Shown here: piece after piece, positions 39,501 through 50,347 of the stretch
How positions within the stretch are numbered: the first letter of the stretch is position 1
Layout of the letters: the number at the start of each line of letters is the position of its first letter
Origin: an uncultured delta proteobacterium
GTDB lineage: Bacteria; Myxococcota_A; Polyangia; Polyangiales; Polyangiaceae
DNA: 64,000 bases
Assembly: GCA_963696385.1 (NCBI GenBank)
Contig: CAVOKF010000008.1
Coordinates: 224,001-288,000 of the forward strand
Direction of reading: 5' to 3'
Notes under the pieces: model-generated
The model's input: the letters and a program-made list of their open reading frames with translations, nothing else
Databases searched by the model: none
What the model was told of the DNA's origin: nothing
Position numbers and translations under genes: made by a program

Positions 39501-41188
39501 GCTCCGCCATTTCCTCGAGAAGGGACACGAGCGTCGGGTGGGCGCCCATGGGTTTGAGCTCCCGCTTCAACTTGCGGTCCATCTGCGGGATGATCCGCCG
39601 CTCCATCGCCGGCATGTGGACGTTCATCATCCAGTCGGCCCAATCGATCGACTCCGGTGCCCACGGGAGCTTGCTCTTGTCTTCCTCGGACAGCCGCGCG
39701 CGCGCGGCCCGCGTGTTCGAGCAGTCGAAGGGGCCGATGAGCGTCGACGTGAACGGCTCGAAGAGCCGTTGAATGTCGGCGATCTTGGCATCTCGTCGTG
39801 CCAAGGCGTCGAGCGCTTCCGCCGCCGGCGCCAGGACGGGAACGGCGTCCTTCACGAAGGAAGCGACTCGGCGCGCGATTCGCGATCGCGCGGGCGCGCC
39901 GACTCGCTCGAACTGCGCGCGGTCGACGAAGGAAGGCTCGTAACGCGCCTGCAGCGCGTCGAACAGAAGGTTTTTCGTACCTTTGCCACGGTAATGGGCG
40001 CGCTTGTACAAGCCCACGAGCTCTCCGAAGCGCTGCACGGTGCACGGGTTCACGTCCGCCGCTCCAAACTGGTAGACCGGCTTGTGCGTGCCTTCCAAGA
40101 GCTCGACGAGCGCCAGAATCATCCCGGCGACGACGTAGTCGACCGGAATGAGGTCGAGCGGGACGTGCCGCCCGAGGATCTGCGTCTCGCCCTTCATGAT
40201 GAGGTAAATGAGCGGCGCGCTCGTGTTGATGCCTTCGTTGTAGGCCGGTACCGGGTAGGCCATGCTCGACTCACAGGCGGCCGGACGTGCGATCGTGAAC
40301 GGCAGGCCGCTCGCCGCGATCACCTGTTCGCCGATGGCCTTGGTGTACGTGTAAATATTGGGAAAACCCCAATGGCCGGCTCGAATCGAGCCCCGCTTCG
40401 GTGATTCGATCCCGGACAAACGATCGCTTCACTCGAGCCAGTTCCAAATCGTAGGGCCGACCCCGGGTAGGCTCTCCGCGGGCCAACAAATGGGCTCGGG
40501 CGCGCTCGTCGAACTCGTGCCGACGAAATGCGTCCTCGGATCGGTGCTTCGCTTGCGCGACCAAATCGAGGCACTCGGCAATCTCCCGGTCGGGGTCCCA
40601 GAGATCGGCGCCAATCGCCTCGGCGCGCGGGAACGGCACGGCGCGCGGGTCCTCTTCCAGGATGGGCCCCTTGCGCGACCCGGCCACGTAGGCCGTGCTC
40701 GTGTGCAAGATCGGTACGTCGCCGAGCGCTCGGGCGAGATCGACGAGATGGACCGCGCCGAAGGCATTCGCCGACAGGGCGTCGTCGAGGGCGGGGTTGA
40801 AGTCCACGACCCCAGCGACGTTGACGACGGCGTCCATCGTGCCACGCAGCTGCTTGACGCGCGCCTCGCCAAGGCCGCAGAGCGGCTCGCTCATCTCGCC
40901 ACCGATGGGCACCACCTTGTCGCGCAGAAAGTCCGCGTAGCGCGGACCGTGCGTGCGGCGCAGAGGCTCGAGGGCTTCGCTCGTGGCCACTTCGCTCGCG
41001 AAGCGGGCCTCGGGCGTGCTCAGATCGCCCTCCTTCGACCGTACGACCAGGTAAATCCGCTCCACGCCTGGATAGCGATCGAGCAGCATCGACCAAAAGA
41101 TCTTTCCCAAAAACCCGGTCCCGCCGACGACCAGGATTCGTGCGCCCCGCAGGGTGCGCGCGACGTCGAGCATGCCGCCACGCATCAT
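36573..41188 (-). CDS. elbD: ElbD-like multifunctional ether-lipid enzyme: fatty acyl reductase - adenylation - carrier - acyltransferase - SCP2 (two +1 frameshifts near 40385 and 37092)
   Basis: GGTGFLGK and TSTAYV (FAR), YTYTKA, FTSGTTGRPKG / QGYGLTE / HTGDLG (AMP-binding), LGFDSL (Ppant Ser), NHASHLD and FPEGTRS (PlsC), ADCVLKTSPEMF..FLSGAFKSND (SCP2-like). Span is 4616 nt = 3n+2. Confidence 0.88.
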
Positions 41189-41192
41189 CGCC

Positions 41193-42884
41193 TCAGACCG
41201 TCACGTCCGCCATGACGATCGGAGGCACATGAAGCATCGCCACGTCGGGGTGACGCCGCCCCTCCCCCGCCATCAGAATCGCCTCCGTCAGGTTTCGCGC
41301 GCGCTCCCAGCCGAGCAGCTTCGGAATGTACTCGTTGTCGGATCCAACGACGATGACGCGGCCCAGATGCTGGCGGCCGGCTTCACCCCAATACCACATG
41401 AAGAAGGGGTGGGCAGGGTGATAGGCATGTCCGCGCCGGTACATGGCAAGGTAAGCGGGGTTGGTCGCGAACTTTTCCTCGAACCTGTCGTGCATCACGG
41501 CCGCGTCGCGCGTAACGGGCAGAACGTCGTGCACGAACTCGACGTAGGCGGAGTGCTGATCGGCGTCGAACAGGTCGGTGCACGGGTGGAAGACGATCAT
41601 CGCGCCGCCCTTTCGGACGATCGGCGCCCCCCGGTACATGTTGAAGAGATAGCCCTGCGCCATCACCTGAACGAGCAGAGGGTTGAGGAATGCGTTGACG
41701 TTGTACGGACTGATGTACGGAATGCCGCATACGAGTATATCGGCCTGACCGCGCAGCGGTACGAGGTACTGCGCATAGGCCTTCTCGAGCGTTTTCGCGT
41801 GCACCGCCTCGCACTCTCCGGCGAACACGCCCGTCATGGAGAAGGGCGACGGAACGCGTTCGAAGATCGCCTGTCGCGCGGCGCGAGGAAGCTTCGCAAG
41901 GGTGTACGCGAGACCGCTGAAGGCAGCTCGCTCGGAGCCCGTCCAGTCGTCTTCGTTCTTGGACAGGAAGGAGAGCGGACGTTCGAACATCCGATTGTCG
42001 ACCGTGGTCTCGATGTGAAATACGTCGAGGGTCTTCTCGGCCACTCGGCCCATCCGGTCGACGCTCGTGGCGAGCGCGCTGGAGGCCGGGTCCATGTACG
42101 ACCAGCATTTTCGCATGACGTGCGGGTTGTGGTGAGCGCGCAAGCTGCGATACCCACAGAGACCCACGGCCACCGACTTGTGGCCTCCCGACATGGGTAC
42201 GAAATTCAGACTGACGTAGATGAGCAGATCGGCTTCCACCGCCTTGCGGTTGAGTTCCACGAGCTCGCCGTGATCGGTCGTCCCGACGACCTTCAGGCCT
42301 TTGGGATCCTCGGCATCGTGGCAATAGAGTCGATCCGGCCAATACGCATTGAAGATGCGATCGCCTGTCATGTGACGCACTTCGGCGGCCGTCATCCGTC
42401 GGTGAATCGAGGTCGCGATGACCATTTCGATGTCTTCGACGCCGTGGTCGGCCAGCATGCCGAGCACAATCGTGAGCACGCGCTGGCGCGTATCGGGCGT
42501 GCGCATCGGCGGCAGAGGCACCGACACGTCGTCGATGGCGATGACGACGCTCATTCCGGGCCGGAGTTTCGCGTGCAGCGGATCGCTGCCGAGCGGATGG
42601 TTGAGCGCGTAGCGGATGGCAGCGTCGGGATCTTTGAGCGACTCGAGTGGCGGTCGCGGATAGATCACCCGCGTGCCCTCCGGCAGATCCACGCTAACGA
42701 GCTGGTCCCCGCTGAAGACGGCCCGCGGCGCGCTTTTGCGGTCGATGGTCACGACCAGCGGATGCGTGTTGCGCACGCCCGGACGGGGAGCGACGTCGGA
42801 GGACCTTGCGATCGGAGCCGCGACGCCGGAGTCGTTCGGTTCGGCGGCATCGGCGTCGGGCAGCTGCAACGGCAGCGTCGTCAT
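41193..42884 (-). CDS. elbC: Lactate-racemase-domain (LarA_N/DUF2088) protein, ElbC-like
   Basis: VVIAIDD, IATSIHR, HDAED, SGGHKS. ATGA-coupled to the HAD gene. Confidence 0.8.
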   Translation of the reverse strand: MTTLPLQLPDADAAEPNDSGVAAPIARSSDVAPRPGVRNTHPLVVTIDRKSAPRAVFSGDQLVSVDLPEGTRVIYPRPPLESLKDPDAAIRYALNHPLGSDPLHAKLRPGMSVVIAIDDVSVPLPPMRTPDTRQRVLTIVLGMLADHGVEDIEMVIATSIHRRMTAAEVRHMTGDRIFNAYWPDRLYCHDAEDPKGLKVVGTTDHGELVELNRKAVEADLLIYVSLNFVPMSGGHKSVAVGLCGYRSLRAHHNPHVMRKCWSYMDPASSALATSVDRMGRVAEKTLDVFHIETTVDNRMFERPLSFLSKNEDDWTGSERAAFSGLAYTLAKLPRAARQAIFERVPSPFSMTGVFAGECEAVHAKTLEKAYAQYLVPLRGQADILVCGIPYISPYNVNAFLNPLLVQVMAQGYLFNMYRGAPIVRKGGAMIVFHPCTDLFDADQHSAYVEFVHDVLPVTRDAAVMHDRFEEKFATNPAYLAMYRRGHAYHPAHPFFMWYWGEAGRQHLGRVIVVGSDNEYIPKLLGWERARNLTEAILMAGEGRRHPDVAMLHVPPIVMADVTV

Positions 42885-43582
42885 GGAATGCGCTCCAGGA
42901 TCTGGGCGACCGCGGAAGGACGCGCGCCGAGGTGCAAGACCGGCCAAGAGTAGGTGCGGGCGAGCTTCATGAGACGCAGATCCGGATTGACGGCGCACGG
43001 GTGACCCACGATCGAGAGCATCGGCACATCGGAATAACTATCCGAATACGCGAAGCAGTCGTCCAGATCTTGCTTTTCGTGGCGCGCCCATTCGCGAACC
43101 AATCGCGCCTTCTCGGGACCCGCCACGATCGGGCGCAGCAGTCGTCCCGTCGCATAGCCGTCCTGAAACTCGAGCCGGTTGCTGATAACGGCCGTCGCGC
43201 CGAGGTGCGCCGCCAAGCGATCCATCAAAAAATCGAGCGCACCGGAAATCAGGACGACCTCGTGGCCCTCGGCCCGGCAGCGATCGACGAGTTGACGCGC
43301 GCCAGGAAATACGGCGCCCCGCAGTACGCGGTCGAAGGCCTCGTCGGCCAGCAGAAGGAGCCGATCCTGCGATATTCCCTCGTAGGCGGCGAAGAGCAGC
43401 TCGTTGAATCGGCGGCGATCGACCCATTCCGCCAACGCCATGCGCGGCCCCCGGGCAGCGGCGCGGGCCAGCGCACCGAAGCTGCGGAGCGGGTTGGGGG
43501 TATGGGTCAGGTAAAATAAGGTCGGGTGAAGCAGATTGGTTCGGACCAGCGTGCCGTCGACGTCGAAAAAGCTGGCGGGCAC
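42881..43582 (-). CDS. elbB: HAD-IB family hydrolase, ElbB-like
   Basis: FFDVDGTL, LISGA, AYSDSYSD, AVNPD. Confidence 0.85.
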   Translation of the reverse strand: MPASFFDVDGTLVRTNLLHPTLFYLTHTPNPLRSFGALARAAARGPRMALAEWVDRRRFNELLFAAYEGISQDRLLLLADEAFDRVLRGAVFPGARQLVDRCRAEGHEVVLISGALDFLMDRLAAHLGATAVISNRLEFQDGYATGRLLRPIVAGPEKARLVREWARHEKQDLDDCFAYSDSYSDVPMLSIVGHPCAVNPDLRLMKLARTYSWPVLHLGARPSAVAQILERIP

Positions 43583-43739
43583 GGGAGGGTGGCTAGCGCC
43601 AGACGGAAGCGAATGTCAACGGTTCTGCGCAGAACGACCGCCCGGCGCCCGGGCGACCCCAGACGGGTTCCCGCGAGCTGCCGGAAGGACGACGCGACCC
43701 CTTGCGCATTCGTGTGCGCCTGGTCTTTGATCGCCGGCC

Positions 43740-44666
43740 GTGGAACGCGTCACCCTGCCGATCGCCGAGATCCAGAGCCCCCGTACGCACGATCGCCGCC
43801 CGGACGACGATGCTCCGCTCGAAGCGAGTGAAGGCGGGCTCAGTCGCCTCGAACGAATGCAAATTCGCCTGGTCCGAGCCACATTGGAGCCCGGTCCGCT
43901 CGATTCGGCGATCCGTCTTTGCCAGCGCACGGTCGGCCAAGGATGGATCCGCGCCGTGTCGATGCGTCTTCGACGCGTCGCCGGCTTGAATCGCCTTCCG
44001 CCGTGGAATCCGTCGCAAAGCGTCATCCTGGTTGCCAACCATCGGTCGTTTTTCGATCTGTACGTGACGACCGCCGAGCTCGTGGCGCACGGGCTGCCGC
44101 AGCGCATTTTATTCCCGGTACGTTCGAATTTTTTCTACGACCACCCTCTCGGACCGCTGGTCAACGGGACGATGAGCTTCTTCGCGATGTACCCGCCGAT
44201 CTTTCGAGACCGCAAGCGGGCCGCGCTCAATCTGGCGAGCCTCGACGAGCTCTCGCTGCTGCTGCGCCGGGGCGGCTTTTTCGTCGGCTTTCACCCCGAG
44301 GGAACGCGCAACAAGAGCGCCGATCCGTACAGGCTTCTGCCGGCGCAAAGCGGTGTCGGCCGCGTCATTCACAAGGCCCGCGTGCCGGTCGTTCCCGTCT
44401 TCGTGAATGGACTGGGTAACGACCTGGTGCGCCAGCTTCGTGCGGGGGTCACCGGACGAGGCGATCCGATCTGGCTCGTGTTCGGGGCGCCCATCGATTT
44501 CGGCGACCTGCTGGACGCGCCAGCCGGGCCGGGAGCGTATCGGCGGATCGCCGAGCACTGCGTCAAGGCGATCGGAATGCTCGGCCAAGAGGAGAAGGAT
44601 CTTCGAGCGTCCTCGTCACTCGTTGACGCCGGCCTCGGTTCGCGTCACGAGATGGGCCAGCAGTGA
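43740..44666 (+). CDS. Lysophospholipid (PlsC-type) acyltransferase
   Basis: ANHRSFFD (HxxxxD), HPEGTRN, VVPVFV. Confidence 0.9.
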   Translation: MERVTLPIAEIQSPRTHDRRPDDDAPLEASEGGLSRLERMQIRLVRATLEPGPLDSAIRLCQRTVGQGWIRAVSMRLRRVAGLNRLPPWNPSQSVILVANHRSFFDLYVTTAELVAHGLPQRILFPVRSNFFYDHPLGPLVNGTMSFFAMYPPIFRDRKRAALNLASLDELSLLLRRGGFFVGFHPEGTRNKSADPYRLLPAQSGVGRVIHKARVPVVPVFVNGLGNDLVRQLRAGVTGRGDPIWLVFGAPIDFGDLLDAPAGPGAYRRIAEHCVKAIGMLGQEEKDLRASSSLVDAGLGSRHEMGQQ

Positions 44667-45544
44667 AGGCGTACCTCGATCTCGTCCGCACCGTGCTCGT
44701 CCGAGGCACGCGAAAAACCAACCGCACCGGCGTCGACACGCTGTCGACGTTCAACGTCAATTACGAGATCGACCTAGGGCTCGGCTTTCCGCTGCTGACG
44801 ACCAAAGAGATTTCGTGGAAGAATATCGTCGTCGAGAACCTTTGGTTTCTCAGCGGACAGACGGACATCGGAATCCTCAAAAGGCACGGCTGCAAGTTTT
44901 GGGACCCTTGGGCCGACGAGAACGGACGCGTGCCGAGCGCCTACGGCAACCTGTGGCGACACTTCCCCGTTCACGACGCCGAGGGTCGAGCCGCCACCAA
45001 TGACCAGTTGCGCTGGGTCGTGCGAGAAATCGCCCAAAATCCAATGAGCCGCCGGCTGGTCGTCACCGCGTGGGCCCCGGGCAACGCGCAGACCAGTCGC
45101 CTGCCCCCGTGTCACCTGCTCTTCGCGTTCAACGTGCAGATGGACGAGCGCGGCGAACCAACGCTGTGCTTGCACCTGACGCAGCGGAGCGCCGACGTCG
45201 CGCTCGGAATTCCGTACAACATCGCCGGTTATGCCCTCTTGCTCCATCTTTTTTCGAGATTCACGGGCATTCGTCCGGGCGTATTTGCCCATACTCTGGT
45301 GGACGCTCACATTTACACAGCCAAAGCGGACGGATCGATGGCGGAATACGACCACGTTCCCGGGCTGAAGCGGCAGCTCGATCGACCGCCGCGGCCATTG
45401 CCGACACTCGCCATCGATCCGAGCATTCGCACGCTCGATGACATCGAGCCCCTCCTCAAGGCCGACACCGAGACGGTCATGAAGCACTTCGTGCTCACGG
45501 GCTACGAGCCCCACCCGCCGATCGCGTTCAAGGTCGCGGTCTGA
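44663..45544 (+). CDS. thyA: Thymidylate synthase
   Basis: NRTGVDT, FPLLTTK, SRRLVVTAW, LPPCH, QRSADVALGIPYNIA, DAHIY. Confidence 0.97.
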   Translation: MKAYLDLVRTVLVRGTRKTNRTGVDTLSTFNVNYEIDLGLGFPLLTTKEISWKNIVVENLWFLSGQTDIGILKRHGCKFWDPWADENGRVPSAYGNLWRHFPVHDAEGRAATNDQLRWVVREIAQNPMSRRLVVTAWAPGNAQTSRLPPCHLLFAFNVQMDERGEPTLCLHLTQRSADVALGIPYNIAGYALLLHLFSRFTGIRPGVFAHTLVDAHIYTAKADGSMAEYDHVPGLKRQLDRPPRPLPTLAIDPSIRTLDDIEPLLKADTETVMKHFVLTGYEPHPPIAFKVAV

Positions 45545-45570
45545 CGGCCAAACCGCCAAAACGACGCGCC

Positions 45571-46059
45571 ATGCGGGGTCTCATCTACGCGGTGTCGCCG
45601 GAAGGCGTGATCGGAAAGGGCGGTTCGATTCCCTGGCATTACCCGGGCGACATGAGGCGCTTCAAGCGCGTCACGATGGGCTCGACCGTCGTCATGGGCC
45701 GCCACACGTTCGAGTCACTCGGAAAACCGCTTCCCGGACGCCGCAACATCGTCGTCACGAGCCGAGCGATCGACCGGCTGGGAATCGAATGCGTGAAAAG
45801 CATCGAGGAAGCCGTGACGCGCGCGGCGGATTCCGACATCTGGTTCATCGGCGGTGCGCGGATCTACGCCGAGGCTATGGACCTCGCAGACCTCATCGAC
45901 GTGGCGTACGTGCCCGACCGCGTCGATCCGGTCGATGCGGTGCGCGCCCCGACCATCGACGAGAGCGTCTTCGAGGCCGGCCCCATCGTCGTGCACGAAG
46001 ACGACCCGCGCTTGACGCGCCGTGTCTACGTGCGAAGGCGCGCGCGCGAGAAGGCGTGA
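45571..46059 (+). CDS. folA: Dihydrofolate reductase
   Basis: VIGKGGSIPWH..DMRRFK..VVMGRHTFES..PLPGRRNIV..FIGGARIY. Confidence 0.96.
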   Translation: MRGLIYAVSPEGVIGKGGSIPWHYPGDMRRFKRVTMGSTVVMGRHTFESLGKPLPGRRNIVVTSRAIDRLGIECVKSIEEAVTRAADSDIWFIGGARIYAEAMDLADLIDVAYVPDRVDPVDAVRAPTIDESVFEAGPIVVHEDDPRLTRRVYVRRRAREKA

Positions 46060-46086
46060 GAAGAGCGACTTGCCGCGCAGGCCCAT

Positions 46087-47100
46087 TCAGCGCCGCACGA
46101 GGCTTTCGGCGGCCAAGAGCGAGGAGGCCTGCTGCGCCGCGATCTCGCTCGTGCTTCGCGCGTGCGCCGCCGCCATGCGATCGGTCAGCAACGCCTCGGC
46201 CGCGTCCGGGTCGCCGGGACGCAAGATGCTCCGCACGAATACTTCGGCAGCCTTGTACGAGCTTCGGACGAGCGGTCCCGCCGCGACGAACGAAAAGCCC
46301 AGCGCCCGGCCCTCGCGAGCAAACGCGTCGAACCGCTCCGGAGCGACGTAACGGTCGACCGCGGCGTGCTTCAACGTCGGTCGCAAATATTGGCCAACCG
46401 TCAGGACGTCGACCCCTATCGATCGCAGATCGCGCATCGTCTCGACGACTTCGTCGTCGCGTTCGCCGATGCCGACCATGATCGAGCTCTTCGTGACGAC
46501 CTGGGGCGCCCTTTGCTTGGCGCGCGCCAGCACACCGAGCGACTGATCGTAGTCGCAACGCACATCGCGAATCGTGCGTTGCAGTCGGCGCACCACTTCG
46601 ATGTTGTGAGCCCACACGTCCGGGCGCGCGTCGACGGTCAGGTCGACCGAGTCCAGGTGTCCGCCGAAGTCGCCGACGAGCGTCTCGACGAGCATGTCGG
46701 GGCGCAAATCTTTCAGGCGGCGCACCGTTTTGGCGACATGCGCAGCGCCGCCGTCGAGTAGATCGTCTCTGTCGACCATCGTCATCACGACGTACTGCAG
46801 CGGCAGGCGGGCCAGAGCGCGAGCGACGTGCTCGGGCTCGCGAACGTCGACCGCACCACGCGGTTGCCCGGTCGTGACGGCACAGAAGCGACAGCCGCGG
46901 GTGCAGGTGTCGCCCAGCAGCATGATGGTCGCCGTCCCTTCGCTCCAGCACTCGCCGATGTTGGGGCAGCGCGCTTCCTCGCAGACGGTATGGAGATCGA
47001 GGCTGCGGAACGCGTCGCGTAATCCGATGTACCGCTCGCCGCCCGGTGCCCTGACACGAAGCCACGGCGGCTTGGGGGCGAAGCGCAGAGTCTCGGACAT
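46087..47100 (-). CDS. lipA: Lipoyl synthase
   Basis: KPPWLR, CEEARCPNIGEC, CTRGCRFC, GQYLRP, PLVRSSY. Confidence 0.97.
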   Translation of the reverse strand: MSETLRFAPKPPWLRVRAPGGERYIGLRDAFRSLDLHTVCEEARCPNIGECWSEGTATIMLLGDTCTRGCRFCAVTTGQPRGAVDVREPEHVARALARLPLQYVVMTMVDRDDLLDGGAAHVAKTVRRLKDLRPDMLVETLVGDFGGHLDSVDLTVDARPDVWAHNIEVVRRLQRTIRDVRCDYDQSLGVLARAKQRAPQVVTKSSIMVGIGERDDEVVETMRDLRSIGVDVLTVGQYLRPTLKHAAVDRYVAPERFDAFAREGRALGFSFVAAGPLVRSSYKAAEVFVRSILRPGDPDAAEALLTDRMAAAHARSTSEIAAQQASSLLAAESLVRR

Positions 47101-47159
47101 CCGCTCAGCGCGATAGCGGATGTCCACCGCATGTCAACAAGGCTTGCCCCAGCCGGCGG

Positions 47160-47255
47160 CGACCTCGACCTCGACCTTACCTCGACCCCGACCCCGACCT
47201 CGACCTTACCCCGACCCCGACCCCGACCCCGACCTCACCTCGACCCTCGACCTCG
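47160..47255. repeat. Imperfect hexamer tandem repeat (CGACCY)n
   Basis: Run of CTCGAC/CCCGAC units between the 79-aa gene and lipA. Same unit and strand as 26788-26898. Confidence 0.92.
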
Positions 47256-47261
47256 AAGTCT

Positions 47262-47501
47262 TTAGGAGGGGGTGTCTCCGCGGGCGTGGGTCATGCGGGC
47301 GGCGATTTCGTCTGTCGCGGTGCCCAGTTCGAGCAGAGCCGCCTCCTTGTGACCGTGAAGGTAGGCGCGGACGCCATCGACGAGCGTGATGGCGAGGGCG
47401 ACGTTTACGCCGATTTCGGCAAGCTCGGCACCGACGGTGGGGTTTTTGAGCAACAGGTTCAGCTGGTCGAGGAGTTCGTCGAACTCGCGGGACTTCGTCA
47501 T
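47262..47501 (-). CDS. Small helical hypothetical protein
   Basis: 79-aa ORF with AAGGA RBS, starting 9 nt after the ATPase-TPR stop. Confidence 0.75.
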   Translation of the reverse strand: MTKSREFDELLDQLNLLLKNPTVGAELAEIGVNVALAITLVDGVRAYLHGHKEAALLELGTATDEIAARMTHARGDTPS

Positions 47502-47510
47502 AAAATCCTT

Positions 47511-50200
47511 TCAGGCGACGGCGACCACTGGACCGGCCGAAGTCCGCGTTTTCGCCAAGAGATCTTCCGCCCGCTTCGCGAGCTGGGCCGCCTCGGCGGC
47601 GACTTCCGGATTGGTCGCGTGCTCTGGCGTCTGCCGCAAGACCTCGGCGTACGCCCGGCAGCTTCGTGCAAGCTCGACTTCGTTGCCGATGGTCTCGAAG
47701 ATCGCGATCGACCGCTTCAAGAGACCCGCGGCGTCCTGAGAGCCGGGAATGCGCATCGCAATCTTGACCTCGGCCAGAGATCGCAAGGCCATACCGAGCT
47801 CGATGGGACTCTCGACTTCGGTGAACAGATCGACGGCTCGCTGGGTGAACGCCCTCGCCTTTTCGTACTCTCGCCGCACGAAATAAGCCTTGCCGAGCGA
47901 GTGCAGCGCCTCCCCCAAGCCGCGTCGATCGCCGAGATCGTCGGTGAGATCCTCGGCTTGCTTGAGAAATTGTCGAGCCTTGGACGCGTCCCCCGAGCGA
48001 TCGTGCATGGCTCCGAGATTCGTGAGAATCGAGGCGATCCGATTGCGATCGCCCATCTCCTTGCCCGCTTCGTAGGCCTCCTGAAAAAGCGCAAGCGCTT
48101 TCTTGTGCTCTCGCATGTCGCGGGCAACGGCGGCAAGCCCGCTCAACGTGATGCTGACGCCGACCAGGTCTCCGATCTCGCGCCGAATGCGCAGAGCATG
48201 GTCGAACGCTTCCGCGGCCGCCGCGAAGTTACCCGCCTCGTGGTGCACGAAGCCCAGATTGTTCAGGCTCAGGGCTTCACTGGGCCGATCGCCGATTTTA
48301 CGCCGCATCGCCAGAGAACGAAGCGCGTACTCGAGCGCCAGCGCGTAGTCCGCTTTGAGCCAGTGCAGCTTGCCGATGTCGTCGAGGGCCGCGGCAATCC
48401 CACGATCGTCCTGGGCTTGGCCGAACAGCGACAGGGCCGCCGTCAGGTGACGGCTCGCTTGATCCATGCGGCCCGTCTCGCGGTGCAGGCGTCCGATGCG
48501 CGAGTGAGCCGTTCCCCCGACGCTGCGCAAGTCGAGCCGCCAGGCGCGAGCCAGCACTTGAGTGAACGCGCGGTGCGCGGCGGCGTTTCGACCGAGCGAC
48601 TGCAGCACGTCGCCGTAGTGATGCACGGCGCGCAGGCGCAGATCCTCGTCGGCATGGTCGCAGTCGTCGAGCAGATCGATTCCCTTGGCGAAAAGCTCTG
48701 CTGCTTTGGCGTTCGCGCAACGCGACCGGGCCACCTCGCCTGCGCGGACGTACGACGAGGCCGCGAGCGACAGCGCGCCCGCCTTCTCGCGATGGCGCGC
48801 GAGCATCTCGAGATACTCCTCGCTCGCGGCGACGTTGCCGCGGAAGCTCAACCACTCCGCGATGGCGCGGTGGTATCGCCGAGCCGACGCGGGGGGCGTG
48901 AGCCGTTCGAGCGCCTCGCGCTCGAGATTGTGTTTGAACACGTATTCTTCATCGCCCCCGAACGTGCTGTCCGGCAAACGCAAGACGTAGTCGCGATCGA
49001 CGAGCTCACCCAAGCGCCGTCGCAGTCCAAGAACGTCGTCGGCTTCGCCGCCCTCCCACACCTCGGGCGCCGATTCGCCTTGACGATGAATGGAGACCAG
49101 GCCGCCGAGCCAGAACACTCCGCCCATCGCAGCGGCACGTTCGAGCAGCTGCCGGTCGTCACGCGCGAGCGCGGCAATTCGCGCCTGCACGGCGTCCTCG
49201 ACCGTGAGCGGCAACCGGACGCCCGCGAGCTTGTCCGCGCGGATGACCCAGCGTTCGTCCTCGAAATCGTCGGTCGCCTCGAGCACTCCGGCGTCGTGGT
49301 AGATGCGCACGATTTGTTCCAGGAGCGCAGGATTGCCACCCGCCAAGGTGACGGCCGTATCCACCAGCTCTTCGATCGCGGGTGCCTCGCCGCATGGCGT
49401 CAGCAGATCGCGCACGAACGTGGCGGCGTCCGATTCATCGAGGGGCCCCAGTTCGATCACCGCGTGCCGATCGCCGCCATAGCGCCGCCAGCCATCGTGC
49501 CGGGTCAGCATCTCCGGACGCGACGCACACAAAAGCAATATCGGCCCTCGCAAATTCTCGACCAGATAGGCGAGCAGCTCGAGCGAGTCGTCGTGAGCCC
49601 ACTGCAGGTCGTCGAACACCAGAACGAGCGGGTCGGTCGCCTTGCTCGCGTCGGTCTCGAGGAAATTCTTGATGACGGCGCGACGCATCGACCGCATCGG
49701 CTGCGGATCGCCGACGACCGCGCGAACGAGCGGAGAGTCCTGAAACCCGAGTTCGAGCAGTTGGCCCAAGAAATACGCGACGTCGCCGACCTTCCGATCC
49801 TCGAGCACGGCGGCGAGCTGCGTTCGCACTTGCGCCTTGGCCGCCTCTTCGTCCATGCCTTCGACGATTCCGAAGCGACCGCGCAAGATCCGTGCGAAGA
49901 CCTCGTACGCGGGGCCTCCCTCACGAGCGGACCCGCGAAAGACGCGGGGCCTTCCCCCGAGCTCGCGGGATCGGACCAAAAACTCGCGCACCAGACGCGT
50001 CTTGCCGATGCCCGTCGCGCCCAGCACCGTCACGGTTCGCGCTTGGACCAGATCGCGTGCAAAAGCGTAGGCGCGCTTGAGTTCAGCCATCTCGGATTCT
50101 CGCCCCACCAAAACGGTGCGGCGCTCGGTAGCCGAGAAGCGAAGGGCCGGGAATAAGCTGTCGGGCGACACGGACCCCTGAGAATAGCCTAGGCGCCGCA
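47511..50200 (-). CDS. AAA_16/STAND-like P-loop ATPase with TPR repeats
   Basis: LVGRESE, GATGIGKT (Walker A), LVLVFDDLQWA (Walker B), AGGNP, YVFKHNL, TPRs (SLNNLG, ILTNLG). Start uncertain. Confidence 0.88.
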
Positions 50201-50347
50201 TCCGGACCGAAAGGTTACGCACAAGGAGCGACGTCGCGGCTCGCGAGGTCGGCAAAACTTGGCCGTCCCAGACCGGGCGTGCTCTCCCTCGACGTCGGGC
50301 CGAGCGGCCGCAGATCCGCGCCGCCGCCGCACCGTCAATCGACTCCG

